Shown piece by piece: positions 51,226 through 59,710 of a DNA stretch of 64,000 nt. The stretch spans positions 1-64,000 of IMG/VR virus record IMGVR_UViG_3300035180_001778. One strand, 5' to 3'. The notes below the pieces were generated by a model. The model was not told the origin of the DNA. It ran no database searches and saw only the letters and a list, made by a program, of their open reading frames with translations. Position 1 is the first letter of the stretch; each line of letters begins with the position of its first letter. The position numbers were made by a program, and so were the translations under genes.

Positions 51226-52958
51226 CGGAAGGACACCGGGCGCAGGAAGTAGTAGGCAAACCACTTCTCGCTCTCATACCCCTTCATCGCGTCCAAGAGG
51301 TCGTACATCTTGTCGCTCGGGGCCTCTCGTCGGATTTCTGCGTCCGCTGCCTTGATGCGGCGTTCGAGATTGTCGAGCCAGTGATCGAGGGCTTGGGCCA
51401 TCTTGGGATCGCTCATGTCCTGGGGGACCATCTCCGCCGTGACCTCCCGGGCGTACCGCGTCCCCTTGAAGAAGAACTGGAACCACTTGGTGTGTTGGCG
51501 CTCGCCGATGGCATCCGTGAGCTGCACGAAGGCCTTCCCGGGTGTGCCCTGCCCCCGAAGCTCCTGGTTGGCCCGCTGAGTCAACTGGAGCAGGTTGTCG
51601 AGCCACTTGTCGAGGTCCTTCGACATCGTTCCGGGGTCAACCCAGGAATCGGAGTTGTCGTCGTAGTAGCTCGCTTCCTTGTACTTCGACATGAAGCGGG
51701 CGAGGATCCGTTCCGACTGGTCATGCTCTTCGGGTTTCCCGTGGCAGCTACAGCTCTCGCACCCCTGCTTGAGGGACGCCGCCTTCTCGTGGAGCTTGTC
51801 CATGACCGTCCCATCCTTCAGATATGTGTCCTCCAGTCCGGGGACGAGATACTGGCTCTTCAGCGTGGCAGGCTCGTGGCCCACGGCTTCCGCTGTGACT
51901 TCGAGGGCTTCCTTGAACTCTTCCTTGAGCTGCTTCTCCCGCTTCTTGGGGTCTTCGGGGAGCTTGCCGCCCTTCTTCCTGGAGGCCTTGAGCTGGTCCT
52001 GCATCTCGACGTTCGCGTGCAACCCACGGATGTCCTTTGCCGAGATGTCAAATTCCTTCAGGTAGGCGTTCACCTTCTCGGCTGAGACCTTGCCCCCGTC
52101 CCACTCGAAGATACAGGACGTCTCGTTCTCGGCCGCCTCACAGGCATCCTTGAGCGCCTTGGTGATGGTCGAGTCGGTCACCTTCTTGACGTGCTTGACG
52201 CCGGACTTGCCGACGTACTTGATGGTCGCCCCGCCCTTGCTGAAGGTGATGTGGTCCTTCTGCCAGCCCGTGACCCCGAAGTGCCCGTCGTCCGCGCTCT
52301 CGTCGTTCCCGACCCGCTCGAACGTGTGATCCATCAGCATCACGGCGAGGGCCGTGAGCATCTTCTCGGGATCGCTCGACTTCAGGTCCTTCTTGGCCTT
52401 CGAGCGGACGTCGTCGATCTTGCCCCGGAGCTTCTCGATTCGCTTCGCCTTCTCCCGGTTCCGGTTGGCGATCTGCTTGTCGGAGTACTCGTAGACGGTC
52501 ATATCCTCGCCGTCTTGAGTCTTGACCTTCTTTTTCTTCTTGTAGCGGGCCGCGACTTTTTCGGTGATACCCATCATCTTGAGTTCGATCGGGGAGTAGA
52601 ACTGGAACACAGGGTTGGGAATGGTCACGGTCGACGCCGAAGAGATGTCGTCCCGCTGGAACACGTAGGGATTCCCGATGGTGCCTCCCTTGGGGTCGCG
52701 GGATGTCCACAGCTCGGACTTCCCATACACTCCCACGAAGACGATCCAAGAGCCTCCGTCGATGACCCCGAGGTAGCCTCCAACCTCTTTGGGGTTGGAG
52801 TAAATCTCCGTCAGGCCCGCGGTCAGAGCAGGGTGGTCCGCCATCTCCGGCGGTAGAGGCATCCCCCCGGAGCTTCCCCTTGCCACGACGGATCGTAGAG
52901 CGGCCTCCCGGCGGGAGACGACATGTTGAGCAGCTACTCGGAGGGACCGGCTGTGCAT
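51222..52958 (-). CDS. Type IB DNA topoisomerase embedded in a multidomain protein
   Basis: FERVGN, YVGKSG, KDIRGLHAN, VGHEPATLKSQY (R/K/R/H/Y catalytic set). Confidence 0.85.
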   Translation of the reverse strand: MHSRSLRVAAQHVVSRREAALRSVVARGSSGGMPLPPEMADHPALTAGLTEIYSNPKEVGGYLGVIDGGSWIVFVGVYGKSELWTSRDPKGGTIGNPYVFQRDDISSASTVTIPNPVFQFYSPIELKMMGITEKVAARYKKKKKVKTQDGEDMTVYEYSDKQIANRNREKAKRIEKLRGKIDDVRSKAKKDLKSSDPEKMLTALAVMLMDHTFERVGNDESADDGHFGVTGWQKDHITFSKGGATIKYVGKSGVKHVKKVTDSTITKALKDACEAAENETSCIFEWDGGKVSAEKVNAYLKEFDISAKDIRGLHANVEMQDQLKASRKKGGKLPEDPKKREKQLKEEFKEALEVTAEAVGHEPATLKSQYLVPGLEDTYLKDGTVMDKLHEKAASLKQGCESCSCHGKPEEHDQSERILARFMSKYKEASYYDDNSDSWVDPGTMSKDLDKWLDNLLQLTQRANQELRGQGTPGKAFVQLTDAIGERQHTKWFQFFFKGTRYAREVTAEMVPQDMSDPKMAQALDHWLDNLERRIKAADAEIRREAPSDKMYDLLDAMKGYESEKWFAYYFLRPVSFR

Positions 52959-52963
52959 GGGTT

Positions 52964-54841
52964 CTACATCAGGGGCGACGTACAAGAGAAATCTCCCCCA
53001 AGAAGCTGGAACCGAGCGAGGACTTGCTCAGCGGTCACGAGGGAGGATCGCTTCAGGATGAGCTTGAAGGTTTCGAGCTGGTCACGAGACATGTCCCAGT
53101 TCATGACGTAGGACCGAAACACCTCGGCCCATGCTTCGCCAATGTTGCTCCGGCCATAATCAGAGACAGGGAGGACCTCACGAGGATCAGCATCCCACTC
53201 GTCTTCCCAGGCCTTGGTGCGAAGCTCGATGTTGGTTTCTTGAAGCTCCTTCGCGTTCGAGTCCTTGATCGATTCGTCGATGAATGCGAAGGAGGTCTTC
53301 ATCGATTCGTCGATGAGAGCAATGCCCTTTTTGGCCCAAGCCGCCAAGATAGCCTTGAACGCAGTGTTCTTTGCCTCCTCGTCAGGGTACTTGGTGAGCT
53401 TCAGGGCCAGCTTGGGTGCCGCTTTGAAGTACACGTAAAGAGCCTTGCTCTTGGCGAAGGCATCCCAGTACAGCTTCTCGATCTCGGGGGTCCCTCGCTT
53501 CCAGGTGGTGTTCGTGAACACACTGGAAAGTTCATCCCGATGCTTCTTCGCAGCCTCTTCCAGAGGGGGCCCGAACTTGGCGAGAGTCTCCTGATACCCC
53601 AATTTGGAGTCCGTCATGTTCCCCAAGGGCTCTGCAATCGCCCCGAGGAGATCGAGAATCTGGTTTTTGCCCTTCTTGATCTTCTCGGGAGGGATGATGT
53701 AGGGGTCCCTCGTCTTCTCGGGCTTCTTGTTCTTATGCACCCGGACGAGGCTCTCAAAGAACTCTCGCTGTCTTGAGGAGAGCTGATGGAACCAGTACCT
53801 ATGGCCCAGCTCGTGGGCCATATAGCCCACGATGTGTTCGCTAGGGCGGGCGTAAATCATGACGACGTCTTTGCCGATATTGTATCTACCGGCTACTCCC
53901 AGGTCCGCCCCATTTTGATTGACCCCACCGCACGACTCACATTGAATGAAGACGACACCATACCACGCAGACTCAAGCTTCTTGGCTCGAAGGCGGTTGT
54001 AGGTCTCGTCGAGGTATCTGATGTAGAGACGGGTGTCGTCAGGGGTGACCTTCGAGTCCTCGATGATGACCCGCATCCCGTACATGTCAAAGTCGGTGAC
54101 TGTCGGAGTAGGGTTCGCTTCTTGGGCTTGTGCTGAGAACTTCTCGATGAGGTCCTTTTGAACGACGTCCACCCAATCCATGATCCATCCCCCGAACCCA
54201 GAGGGAGACTTGAGCAGAAGCTTCTTGCTGGCAGCGGTGAACCCCGACTGAGTCAGGTACTCCCAACGCCGCTTGCTGTCCGCGTCGTCTCCAAAAGACT
54301 CGGCCATGCCGTTCTTGAAGGCGGCGATCAGCTCGGGGGTTGTGATGCCCTTGAGGGCTTTCTGGACAAGGCTGTCCCGCTTCGGTAGGTCCACCCTCCA
54401 GTAGTACTTGATGTAGTCGAGCAGCGTGGAGACCTGGTCTTTGAAGGCGTACTCGATGTCAATACGTATCGTCCACTTGAGATACCCCTCGATATCCCCC
54501 GGAGCCGGAGTAGGGACAGATGTCAACATCTCCGCTGACTTCTGAGCCACCATGAGGTTCTCGGCCATGATCTTGTACCGAGTGTTGATGTACTCCCGGG
54601 CCGGGGCGAACGTGATGATGCTGTTGAAGTCTTCCTGGAATTCCAGGAAGAAGGTCTTCAAGTCCGTCATGACCTTGTACGCCACGTCCTCGGGGCTATT
54701 CGAGTTCCCCAGGGGAGTCTTGAGGCGCTTCCGCAATTCGGCCTTCTTCTCTTTGAAGAACTTGCTCGAAAGGAAGAACTCCGGGTCAGGAGCCTTCTTC
54801 GCCCCAAGGAATCGGGAAACTACACGAGAGGATAGAGACAT
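52964..54841 (-). CDS. Large zincin metallopeptidase-like protein with RVVSRF and QVLARF motifs
   Basis: HELGH; PVSDYGRSNIGEAWAE. Confidence 0.8.
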   Translation of the reverse strand: MSLSSRVVSRFLGAKKAPDPEFFLSSKFFKEKKAELRKRLKTPLGNSNSPEDVAYKVMTDLKTFFLEFQEDFNSIITFAPAREYINTRYKIMAENLMVAQKSAEMLTSVPTPAPGDIEGYLKWTIRIDIEYAFKDQVSTLLDYIKYYWRVDLPKRDSLVQKALKGITTPELIAAFKNGMAESFGDDADSKRRWEYLTQSGFTAASKKLLLKSPSGFGGWIMDWVDVVQKDLIEKFSAQAQEANPTPTVTDFDMYGMRVIIEDSKVTPDDTRLYIRYLDETYNRLRAKKLESAWYGVVFIQCESCGGVNQNGADLGVAGRYNIGKDVVMIYARPSEHIVGYMAHELGHRYWFHQLSSRQREFFESLVRVHKNKKPEKTRDPYIIPPEKIKKGKNQILDLLGAIAEPLGNMTDSKLGYQETLAKFGPPLEEAAKKHRDELSSVFTNTTWKRGTPEIEKLYWDAFAKSKALYVYFKAAPKLALKLTKYPDEEAKNTAFKAILAAWAKKGIALIDESMKTSFAFIDESIKDSNAKELQETNIELRTKAWEDEWDADPREVLPVSDYGRSNIGEAWAEVFRSYVMNWDMSRDQLETFKLILKRSSLVTAEQVLARFQLLGGDFSCTSPLM

Positions 54842-54844
54842 GGT

Positions 54845-55852
54845 TCAGTCTTCCCCGTCGTCGAGCATGGCGGCCTGGGTGTAACGAGCGAGCACCTTCT
54901 GAGCAAGAGCCGGCGGAGGGTCGTGCCAGATCTTGTAGAGGCCGATGATTTGGTTCTTCTTCCGGCCCTTGGGGACGGGCTCAATCTCGATGATGGGGTT
55001 CCCCTTGACGTCGAGCCCCACGGAGACGATCCTGCCCTTCTTGTTCTTGTACTTGCCGTACAGAATCCGGTCCCCCACATCGAAGAATCCCCGAGCGGAC
55101 ACGCTTTTCGAGGCGGTCATGTGGTGCGAGTAGACTTCGAGAAACTGCGCCTCGAACTCCCCAATCCGAGTTGAATCGTTCTCGTCGATCTTCACGTTCG
55201 CTGGGACCAAGACGTAAGCAGTTGCCATCTCGTATTCTTCGCTGATGTTCGTCTGAAGGATGGACCCACCCATTGCCGCCAGCTCGTGTTCGAGCCTCTT
55301 GACCATGGTCTGTGCGAGTTCCACAGACCATCCGCCAAAAGGGATGTCGAACTCGACGTAGCCCTTGAGAGGGAGTTGCTGTCCCTTCTCGTGGTGGCTC
55401 TTTCGAAAGCGAACCAGGTACTCGATGTACTTCGCGTCGTGGGGGGAAACGAAGACAGCGACCACGTCAGCTACCCGGACGCTGGCCGTCACGACCTCAT
55501 ACCCTCGCATCTGGGCGAAGTGTGTTGCCATCTTGAAGGACGGCGTCCAGGAGAGGAACTTCCGGACGATCGCCGGCTTGTCCACGGGCTCCCCTCGGTA
55601 GAGCGTGACCTCTGCCCCATGCTTGCTGTGGACCAGGTTGCGGACTGGCGTGTAGAGGTCGTACAGCTCGTCAGCATGGGCTTCCAGGGCCGGCGCAGAG
55701 CCTCCGAACACCCCGTGAAGGAAAGTCTCCACGCCGTGCTTCAAGTCGCTCGGAAGAGCCTCGAACACCGCAAGAGCGGCCTCTCGAACAGCCCCGTCCG
55801 TAGCGAGAGTCCCCGCGTATCTTTGCGCCACTTTTGAGGAAGCCGGAGCCAT
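54845..55852 (-). CDS. ADP-ribosyltransferase-like domain plus C-terminal SH3-like domain
   Basis: R-S-E pattern TLYRG / LSWT / IEYLV; KVAQRY and KVLARY motifs. Confidence 0.6.
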   Translation of the reverse strand: MAPASSKVAQRYAGTLATDGAVREAALAVFEALPSDLKHGVETFLHGVFGGSAPALEAHADELYDLYTPVRNLVHSKHGAEVTLYRGEPVDKPAIVRKFLSWTPSFKMATHFAQMRGYEVVTASVRVADVVAVFVSPHDAKYIEYLVRFRKSHHEKGQQLPLKGYVEFDIPFGGWSVELAQTMVKRLEHELAAMGGSILQTNISEEYEMATAYVLVPANVKIDENDSTRIGEFEAQFLEVYSHHMTASKSVSARGFFDVGDRILYGKYKNKKGRIVSVGLDVKGNPIIEIEPVPKGRKKNQIIGLYKIWHDPPPALAQKVLARYTQAAMLDDGED

Positions 55853-55886
55853 GTATCTACGGAGAGGGCCCTATCAATACTTTCCG

Positions 55887-55914
55887 GTTGATCCCCAAGG
55901 TTCTCGGTGTGTAG
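55887..55914 (+). promoter_or_regulatory. Class I promoter-like motif
   Basis: N16; N7 to ATG 55922. Confidence 0.8.
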
Positions 55915-55921
55915 TAGGGAC

Positions 55922-56271
55922 ATGATTATCGACGCGTATGCCGAATGGGACGACCCCCACGCTTTCCGTGTCTACCTCGTTGAGGAATACGACGAGTTCG
56001 AGAACAAGCCCCTGAAGGCGTCCTACACGGAGAACGACACTCACGGTCGGCTTTTCCGGGCCTGTTTTCTGGCCAACCCGAAGGACTTCGCGGGTCAGAC
56101 CGTGGGGATCCTCTGGTCGGCTGGGCGAAGGTGGCCCCCGCCAAGCGAGCGGCCACGGCTGTCAAGAAGGAGCTGAAGAAGATCGCGAAAGGTCTTCCCG
56201 GCCCGACCATGGCCGATGTCGCGTTCGCGGCTCAGCTCGCCATGATCATGACGAAGAAGCCGAAGGGTTGA
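55922..56271 (+). CDS. Hypothetical protein with apparent frameshift
   Basis: Class I promoter; +1 G at 56104-56107 joins GQTVG to DPLVGWAKVAP...KKPKG*. Confidence 0.65.
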
Positions 56272-56294
56272 TCCCGGATCCCTTCCTCCTGTAG
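56267..56294 (+). promoter_or_regulatory. Class I promoter-like motif
   Basis: N16; N7 to ATG 56302. Confidence 0.8.
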
Positions 56295-56301
56295 GACTCC
56301 C

Positions 56302-56595
56302 ATGAGCACCCAACAAAACGCATTCGACGCGGGCATCATCGAGATCGTTCTACGTCTCGGAGGCTGGCAAGGTGTCCGCGAGGCCCTCTACATCAAAACC
56401 CTGGCGGGCCCTCTTCGCGTTCTTCCGCAGTGGGACTATGTCGACTGTCGGTTCGACGACCCCAAAGCGGCCAGCCAGCTCACGGGCGACCCCATCGACC
56501 CTCAGACGGGCAAGTGGAACCACGAATACCTCGGAAAGTCCATCCGCACAGCGCTGAAGGAATTCGAGGAGACTCTCCGAAAGGTGCTGCCGTGA
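56302..56595 (+). CDS. Tandem paralog C
   Basis: AFDAG..EI..RLGG...CRFDDP.AA...GKWN; class I promoter. Confidence 0.8.
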   Translation: MSTQQNAFDAGIIEIVLRLGGWQGVREALYIKTLAGPLRVLPQWDYVDCRFDDPKAASQLTGDPIDPQTGKWNHEYLGKSIRTALKEFEETLRKVLP

Positions 56596-56969
56596 TCAAG
56601 AAGTTGACCAAGAAGCAAAAGGCGGCTCAAGAGGTCGCCTTCAATGCCGGGGTGGTCGAGATCGGTACCCGTCTGGGTGGGGTCTCTCAGGGCAAGGAAT
56701 GGCTCCCCAACTACTACGAGATCACGACCCGAGCAGGGTATCTCAGCATTGCCACCTACGGTAACTGGGTCGCCTGCAAGTTCAACGACCCTGACGCGGC
56801 GAAGGCTGTCGTGGGGACATCTGGGCTCAACCCATTCTCCGGGAAGTGGAACCAGAACTACTTCGACGTGCCCGTCAAAGACGCCTTGGAAGACTTCGAA
56901 CGAGTTCTCCGGAGGATTTTGCCTCCCGAGGTTGATCGTCTCGCCCCCGTTCGTGTACTGGCTTCGTAA
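56592..56969 (+). CDS. Tandem paralog D
   Basis: AFNAG..EI..RLGG...CKFNDP.AA...GKWN. Confidence 0.8.
   Translation: MIKKLTKKQKAAQEVAFNAGVVEIGTRLGGVSQGKEWLPNYYEITTRAGYLSIATYGNWVACKFNDPDAAKAVVGTSGLNPFSGKWNQNYFDVPVKDALEDFERVLRRILPPEVDRLAPVRVLAS
56931..56958 (+). promoter_or_regulatory. Class I promoter-like motif (TGTAC), with leader
   Basis: N16; 45 nt and an SD before ATG 57004. Confidence 0.6.
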
Positions 56970-57003
56970 ACGGGCTTTGCCCCATCTCACAGAGGAGTTT
57001 CGA

Positions 57004-57363
57004 ATGTTCATCCCCGATGCAACCCACACCGCGCTGTTCCAGGCCATGAGCGACCTCGACAAGAGCCGCACAGCACTCAAGTCGGGCCAGTGGGCCGCGA
57101 AAGTGCTCACCATGCTCCTGACCTCCGCTGATGTCGGTGCCCTCGATTCGAGCATCGCGTTCCTGAAGGCGAACGCGGACAAGATCAACAAGATCCCCGG
57201 CGTTTGCGCCGAAGGTTCCGAGGCGATCGAGAAGGCGAACTCCGCCCTGGAGAGGGCCCGCTCCAAGATCCCCAACACCACGCCCCCGGATCCCCGCGGC
57301 TTCGAGTCCTGTGCGGCTCCGAGCGAGCCGGTGGACGAGTGGGCATTCATCCCCCCGACCTGA
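57004..57363 (+). CDS. Hypothetical helical protein
   Basis: GAGGAG SD; TGTAC-variant promoter upstream. Confidence 0.7.
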   Translation: MFIPDATHTALFQAMSDLDKSRTALKSGQWAAKVLTMLLTSADVGALDSSIAFLKANADKINKIPGVCAEGSEAIEKANSALERARSKIPNTTPPDPRGFESCAAPSEPVDEWAFIPPT

Positions 57364-57369
57364 CCTTCG

Positions 57370-57397
57370 GTTGATCGCGTCGAGCTTGGCCTTGTAG
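57370..57397 (+). promoter_or_regulatory. Class I promoter-like motif
   Basis: N16; N7 to ATG 57405. Confidence 0.8.
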
Positions 57398-57404
57398 GAC
57401 CCCC

Positions 57405-57653
57405 ATGAAGGCCAAGCTCGACAAGAAGACGAACAAGTACGAGTTCGAGTTCGAGTTCAACGGGCGGGAGTACACGGTTGACGGCGACCGCTTGTTCGAT
57501 GCCCTCGCCGTCAGTATCGGTGGCACTTGCTACCATGTGGGCTGGTTGGCTGAGGTTCTGGGCCGTAACTCCCTGACTCTCAGCCCCCTCAGCATGGGAG
57601 ATGTCATCCCCGGCTGGCAGATCGCCCCCGCCAAACTCCTCCCCCAGTTCTGA
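57405..57653 (+). CDS. Hypothetical protein
   Basis: Class I promoter. Confidence 0.75.
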   Translation: MKAKLDKKTNKYEFEFEFNGREYTVDGDRLFDALAVSIGGTCYHVGWLAEVLGRNSLTLSPLSMGDVIPGWQIAPAKLLPQF

Positions 57654-57654
57654 G

Positions 57655-58650
57655 CTACCCGTCGATGAGATTCCTGTAGGGCTCGTCGTTGACCTCCGAG
57701 TAGAAGGTCTCCTTGGGGCCTTCGAACAGCGCGAGAGTCCGACGGATCATCTCGTAAGGCTGCGGATCAGTCGGGACCATCGTCCGATTGAACCCCGCGG
57801 CTTTCGTGTGTCCGCCACCCCCGAAGACCTTCGCGAACTTCGCACAGTCGAACGTCGTGTGGCTCCGCGTCGAGAACGCGAGCTTGTGGTTCTCCCCGTC
57901 GAACTGGCATGAGAACCCGATGACGAGGTCTGCATCCTCGCCAAGCAGCTCCGCTGCATCGCTCGTCGTCGTGAGCCCCTGGAAGACCACCACCCGCGTC
58001 CCGACCGGCGTCGTGTAGCGGTAGGCCCTCGCCACAATGCTCTCGACCTTGGCTTGCTGCTTCTGGACAAGGACGGGCCCGATCTCCGCAAGGTCGGACC
58101 AATCGATCGCATCACACTTGAGCCACTTCTCTCGCGGCCAGAACAGAAGCGCTTCAGCCTGAGCACAGGCTTCGAGCCAGCGAGGGCTTCTCCTCTGCCA
58201 GGTGTCCCGGATGCCAGCGAGGGTTGCGAAGTCTTCGATCAGCTTCTCATAGGCCGTGGGCCTCGTTCGGCCTGCGAGCCGGCACATCGGACGCCACACC
58301 TCACGGAAAGCGAGGACCGCTCCGGAGACACCCGGTTCCAGAGCTTCGTCTGCGTAGACGCTGTTCTCCCCGAAGGACTTGATGGTCGCCTCCGAGGACT
58401 TGTGGTGGTCGAGCACGATGGCGCCCGCGTCCACGAACTTCTGGGCCTGGTCGGCGTGAGGGGTGAAGTCGCAGAAGAGCATCCCCGGCTTGGGCTCCAG
58501 GGCGGCCAGCTCGGGGGACATGTGCCGCATGAAGACGATCTCGGCCTTGGGCAGAGCGTCATGCAGGATCATCGCTGAGGCGAGACCATCCGGGCAGTTG
58601 TCGTGAACGATGAGGGTGGTGACGGCGTCGAGCTTGTCGAGGGAGATCAT
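57655..58650 (-). CDS. DHH/DHHA1 phosphoesterase
   Basis: HDNCPDG, DFT, LDHH, GGGGHTKAAG. Confidence 0.88.
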   Translation of the reverse strand: MISLDKLDAVTTLIVHDNCPDGLASAMILHDALPKAEIVFMRHMSPELAALEPKPGMLFCDFTPHADQAQKFVDAGAIVLDHHKSSEATIKSFGENSVYADEALEPGVSGAVLAFREVWRPMCRLAGRTRPTAYEKLIEDFATLAGIRDTWQRRSPRWLEACAQAEALLFWPREKWLKCDAIDWSDLAEIGPVLVQKQQAKVESIVARAYRYTTPVGTRVVVFQGLTTTSDAAELLGEDADLVIGFSCQFDGENHKLAFSTRSHTTFDCAKFAKVFGGGGHTKAAGFNRTMVPTDPQPYEMIRRTLALFEGPKETFYSEVNDEPYRNLIDG

Positions 58651-58659
58651 CCCACGCAG

Positions 58660-58931
58660 CTACACCAAGAACGTGCGCCCAAGCTGGAGAGCGCGAGCAT
58701 CCGCCGCTTCTTTTGCCTTCTCGAAGTCCAGATCGAAGCCCTTCCAGTCATTGGACCCATGACAGACCTTCCAGATCCATCCCAGCCCCGGCTTTCTTTG
58801 GAGCCAAGTCTTCTTCTCGGTTTCATCGATCTCTTTTGGGGAAAGAGACATGATTGACGACCCAGTCTCGTGATCACGACGACAGAGAAAACGAGCGTCT
58901 GCTGAGGCAGGTTCCCAGATCGAAGGATCAT
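58660..58931 (-). CDS. Hypothetical protein (probable 5' frameshift; alternative start 58851)
   Basis: ATGA overlap at 58931; +1 base in C3 at 58914-58916 gives MILRSGEPASADARFLCRRD... Confidence 0.55.
58661..58666 (-). promoter_or_regulatory. Class II motif GGTGTA (representative)
   Basis: 10 nt before ATG 58650. Confidence 0.65.
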
Positions 58932-59461
58932 GCTCGGTAGGTCCCTCCAGGGACGTCGTACACGTAGACATCGAGGCCACCCATGGTCTCTTCGATGATC
59001 TTGGAGACCTCCGCCCAAGACCCACCCGCGAGCCCACAGCCGATCCTCGGCATGTGGATCGTGGCTTGGGTGGTCCTGGCAGCCTTTGCCACCTTCTGGA
59101 GGCACTTCCTCAGTGCGTCGTAGCGAATCGGAGGCCCGTCATCGTCTGCGCCCTTGTGCTGCGTCTTCTTGGAGCCGTAGCCGGTTTGGGCGATCATGTT
59201 CATCACCCAGATCCCGTTGTCCTCATGGGTCTTCCCCTGGACGCTCACGCTTTGAACCTCCCCAAGAGCGAACGGTCCGCTTCGAGGATGCTTCCCGTTT
59301 CGATACCACTCTCGGTAGGCGATCTCGGGGTCAAACCAACGCCCCGAGATCGCGAGGACGAATCCAGCGCCCCATCCCCCGACGTCGTTGCAGATGTGGA
59401 CGATGTATCGCGTCCCCGTGCCTTGGGGTCGGACGGCATTGCCGATGAGGTAGTGGATCAT
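58928..59461 (-). CDS. Macro-domain protein (Poa1p-like ADP-ribose-processing type)
   Basis: HICND.GGWGAGF, NMIAQ, IRYDAL..CL, MPRIGCGLAGG.W. Confidence 0.88.
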   Translation of the reverse strand: MIHYLIGNAVRPQGTGTRYIVHICNDVGGWGAGFVLAISGRWFDPEIAYREWYRNGKHPRSGPFALGEVQSVSVQGKTHEDNGIWVMNMIAQTGYGSKKTQHKGADDDGPPIRYDALRKCLQKVAKAARTTQATIHMPRIGCGLAGGSWAEVSKIIEETMGGLDVYVYDVPGGTYRA

Positions 59462-59464
59462 GCT

Positions 59465-59710
59465 TCACCAACAGAATCCGACAAGGCCGATACCAGATTC
59501 TCCTCGAACACGAAGAACTCGCTGGAAAGGGCCACAGAGGACCAAGAGTTCTTCGTCTTCGGGTGCCATATCCCAAAGAGGGACTTTGACCCATGTATCC
59601 GTTGTGTGCCCAATGCTGCGATCTGCCTGAAGGAAGAAAGCAGAACCTCCCTTGGGGACATCGTAACTGGGTGAGGCCCCAAGGGGTAGATTGTCTTCTT
59701 CGGTAGTCAT
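59465..59710 (-). CDS. Hypothetical protein
   Basis: ATGA overlap with the upstream gene. Confidence 0.55.
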   Translation of the reverse strand: MTTEEDNLPLGASPSYDVPKGGSAFFLQADRSIGHTTDTWVKVPLWDMAPEDEELLVLCGPFQRVLRVRGESGIGLVGFCW

